This document shows, piece by piece, positions 35,448 through 37,388 of a stretch of 37,388 nucleotides of DNA; position 1 is the stretch's first letter; the number at the start of each line of letters is the position of its first letter. The DNA is from a virus (taxonomy: Duplodnaviria; Heunggongvirae; Uroviricota; Caudoviricetes), in the IMG/VR virus record IMGVR_UViG_2778261448_000003; one strand, 5' to 3'. A program made the translations under genes and the position numbers. A model generated the notes under the pieces. That model was not told where the DNA came from, did no database searches, and saw nothing but the letters and a program-made list of their open reading frames with translations.

Positions 35448-35508
35448 TGTTCAACTGTCGCCAGTTGTCGTTGGTATTCTGCAACTGGCGCGTTCCGGAG
35501 TGATAGCC

Positions 35509-35778
35509 ATGAGCGAACAGTACCTGATAACGCTCGATGAGTGGAAGCCAAAACGGTTCAGTCTCCCAATAACAAACACTACCCTGGTGAAATACGGAAA
35601 ACTAGGATACATCGTTCCAAGACCACAAAAAATTCGTGGGCGTTGGCTGATAGATCGCCGGGCAGTATTTGTTGGACCTGGTGAAACGGGAATTGCGCCG
35701 GAAATTCATACTGGCGATGATGATGCACTGAAGGAGATTTTAACTCATGTCACCGAGGCCACGAAAAAACAGCACTGA
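35509..35778 (+). CDS. xis: Excisionase-like DNA-binding protein (Xis)
   Basis: Small basic protein immediately upstream of and overlapping int, in the lambda xis position. Confidence 0.6.
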   Translation: MSEQYLITLDEWKPKRFSLPITNTTLVKYGKLGYIVPRPQKIRGRWLIDRRAVFVGPGETGIAPEIHTGDDDALKEILTHVTEATKKQH

Positions 35779-36865
35779 CGTAACCGGTCTTTACGAAAAG
35801 TTTGATCGCAGAACTGGCAGGGTTTACTACCAGTATAAAAACCCTGTGACTGGAAAATTTCACGGTCTCGGAACAGACAAAGGCAAAGCAGAAAAAATCG
35901 CTTCCACAGCCAATCAGCGAATAGCTGCAGCAGAAGCTGAATATTTCATGCGCAAAATTGATGAAAGTCCGTCAGCAACAAAACGTCGGGGTATCAGATT
36001 AAAGGCATGGGTTGATCGATATCTGAAAATACAGGACGCGCGACTGAAAAATGGAGATATTGCAGCAACAACTCACAAAGAAAAAGCCCGAATGGCTGCA
36101 TACCTGGTTTCCCGTCTGGGAAACCACCCATTGAAAGAACTGGAAGTAAGAGACTTTGCATTAATACTGGATGAGTGGCTGGATAAAGACATGGTCAGCA
36201 CAGCGAGAGTAAATCGTGGATTATGGGTTGATATTTATAAAGAAGCACAGCATGCAGGGGAAGTTCCTCCTGGATGGAATCCTCCGGAGGCTACCCGTAA
36301 ACCGATCCCTAAAGTAACCAGAGCCAGACTCACCCTGGAGGACTGGCAAAAAATTTACAATTCAACACCAGAAAAACACTTTATCCGTAACGCAATGCTT
36401 CTTGCGATTGTTACTGGTCAGCGCCGTGATGACATTTGCCACATGCGTTTTTCAGATGTGTGGAACGAACACTTGCATATCACCCAGGGAAAAACCGGAA
36501 TGCGTCTGGCGTTACCGCTTACGCTACGCTGTGATGCCATTGGAATATCGCTAAAAGAAGTGATTGATGGATGCAAGGACAGAATATTGAGTCCATACCT
36601 GATTCATAGTCGGCACCAGAAACAACCAAAACCAATGAGTAAAGATAACCTGAGCGACTACTTTGCTAAAGCGCGGGATCTGGCAGGAATAACTCCACCA
36701 GCAGGAAAAACACCACCAACATTTCATGAACAACGCTCCCTGTCAGAACGACTGTACCGCGCACAGGGTATCGATACAAAAACATTACTGGGACATAAAG
36801 TCCAAGCAACCACCGATCGTTATAACGATACTCGTGGTCAGGAATGGGTTAAATTGGTTGTTTGA
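35747..36865 (+). CDS. int: Tyrosine integrase (lambda Int family)
   Basis: 372 aa; C-terminal catalytic region LAIVTGQRRDD...HEQRSLSERLY...LLGHK...TTDRYNDTRGQEW aligns with lambda Int R-H-R-Y active-site segments. Confidence 0.9.
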   Translation: MSPRPRKNSTDVTGLYEKFDRRTGRVYYQYKNPVTGKFHGLGTDKGKAEKIASTANQRIAAAEAEYFMRKIDESPSATKRRGIRLKAWVDRYLKIQDARLKNGDIAATTHKEKARMAAYLVSRLGNHPLKELEVRDFALILDEWLDKDMVSTARVNRGLWVDIYKEAQHAGEVPPGWNPPEATRKPIPKVTRARLTLEDWQKIYNSTPEKHFIRNAMLLAIVTGQRRDDICHMRFSDVWNEHLHITQGKTGMRLALPLTLRCDAIGISLKEVIDGCKDRILSPYLIHSRHQKQPKPMSKDNLSDYFAKARDLAGITPPAGKTPPTFHEQRSLSERLYRAQGIDTKTLLGHKVQATTDRYNDTRGQEWVKLVV

Positions 36866-36938
36866 CGAAATAAATACAGCTGTAACGTTGCCAGTAATTA
36901 ACAACCGATAAAAATGTTGATATTGCTTTACTGATGTA

Positions 36939-37388
36939 GGTAATGACTCTAACTTATTGATAGTGTTTTATGTTCAGATAATGCCCGATGACTTTGTCAT
37001 GCAGCTCCACCGATTTTGAAAACGACAGCGACTTCCGTCCCAGCCGTGCCAGGTGCTGCCTCAGATTCAGGTTATGCCGCTCAATTCGCTGCGTATATCG
37101 CTTGCTGATTACGTGCAGCTTTCCCTTCAGGCGGGATTCATACAGCGGCCAGCCATCCGTCATCCATATCACCACGTCAAAGGGTGACAGCAGGCTCATA
37201 AGACGCCCCAGCGTCGCCATCGTGCGTTCACCGAATACGTGCGCAACAACCGTCTTCCGGAGACTGTCATACGCGTAAAACAGCCAGCGCTGGCGCGATT
37301 TAGCCCCGACATAGCCCCACTGTTCGTCCATTTCCGCGCAGACGATGACGTCACTGCCCGGCTGTATGCGCGAGGTTACCGACTGCGG
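36939..37388 (-). mobile_element. IS1 (partial; right end at ~36939, continues beyond the window)
   Basis: Terminal sequence GGTAATGACTC(T)AACTTATTGATAGTGTTTTATGTTCAGATAATGCCCG matches the IS1 end as recalled; contains an insB-type ORF. Confidence 0.85.
36954..37331 (-). CDS. insB: IS1 transposase InsB segment
   Basis: 125 aa [48 protein letters not shown]... recognised as IS1 InsB. Confidence 0.85.
   Translation of the reverse strand: MDEQWGYVGAKSRQRWLFYAYDSLRKTVVAHVFGERTMATLGRLMSLLSPFDVVIWMTDGWPLYESRLKGKLHVISKRYTQRIERHNLNLRQHLARLGRKSLSFSKSVELHDKVIGHYLNIKHYQ

Overview
This window is about 37 kb of a lambda/Rac-type prophage in an Escherichia-like chromosome, in inverted orientation relative to the standard lambda map. 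All calls rest on reading the six-frame translations against remembered family sequences; no database search was run. Coordinates I derived by hand (tRNAs, hok, terminators, repeats) may be off by 1 nt.

Layout, low to high coordinate:
- 1-14477, minus strand: a complete lambda-like morphogenesis module (L partial, M, H, G/T, V, U, Z, FII, FI, E, D, C, B, W, A, Nu1).
- 14478-14700: a cos site.
- 15062-16630: small accessory genes of unknown function.
- 16701-17738: lysis cassette (M15 peptidase endolysin plus two holin-like membrane proteins).
- 18275-20661: a tRNA cluster (Ile2, Thr, Gly and two atypical tRNA-like genes), one member split by an IS186 copy.
- 20688-24293: AraC-family regulator, Q-like antiterminator, RusA, a DUF968/HNH protein.
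- 24461-27061: a Hok toxin gene missing from the ORF track, then an AT-rich island carrying a single OLD-family ATPase-Toprim nuclease gene.
- 27234-29563: replication genes with internal iterons, and a Cro-like/YdaT-like pair.
- 29564-30640: immunity region with operator repeats, a CI/RacR-like repressor and a ParD/ParE-like toxin-antitoxin pair where lambda has rexAB.
- 30816-36865, plus strand: early-left operon (small genes, a RecE-like protein with a DEDD exonuclease C-terminus, xis, int).
- 36939-37388: a partial IS1 abutting int.

The strongest candidate for an undescribed system is the stand-alone OLD-like nuclease island, with the hok and ParDE-like modules as further defence/addiction loci.
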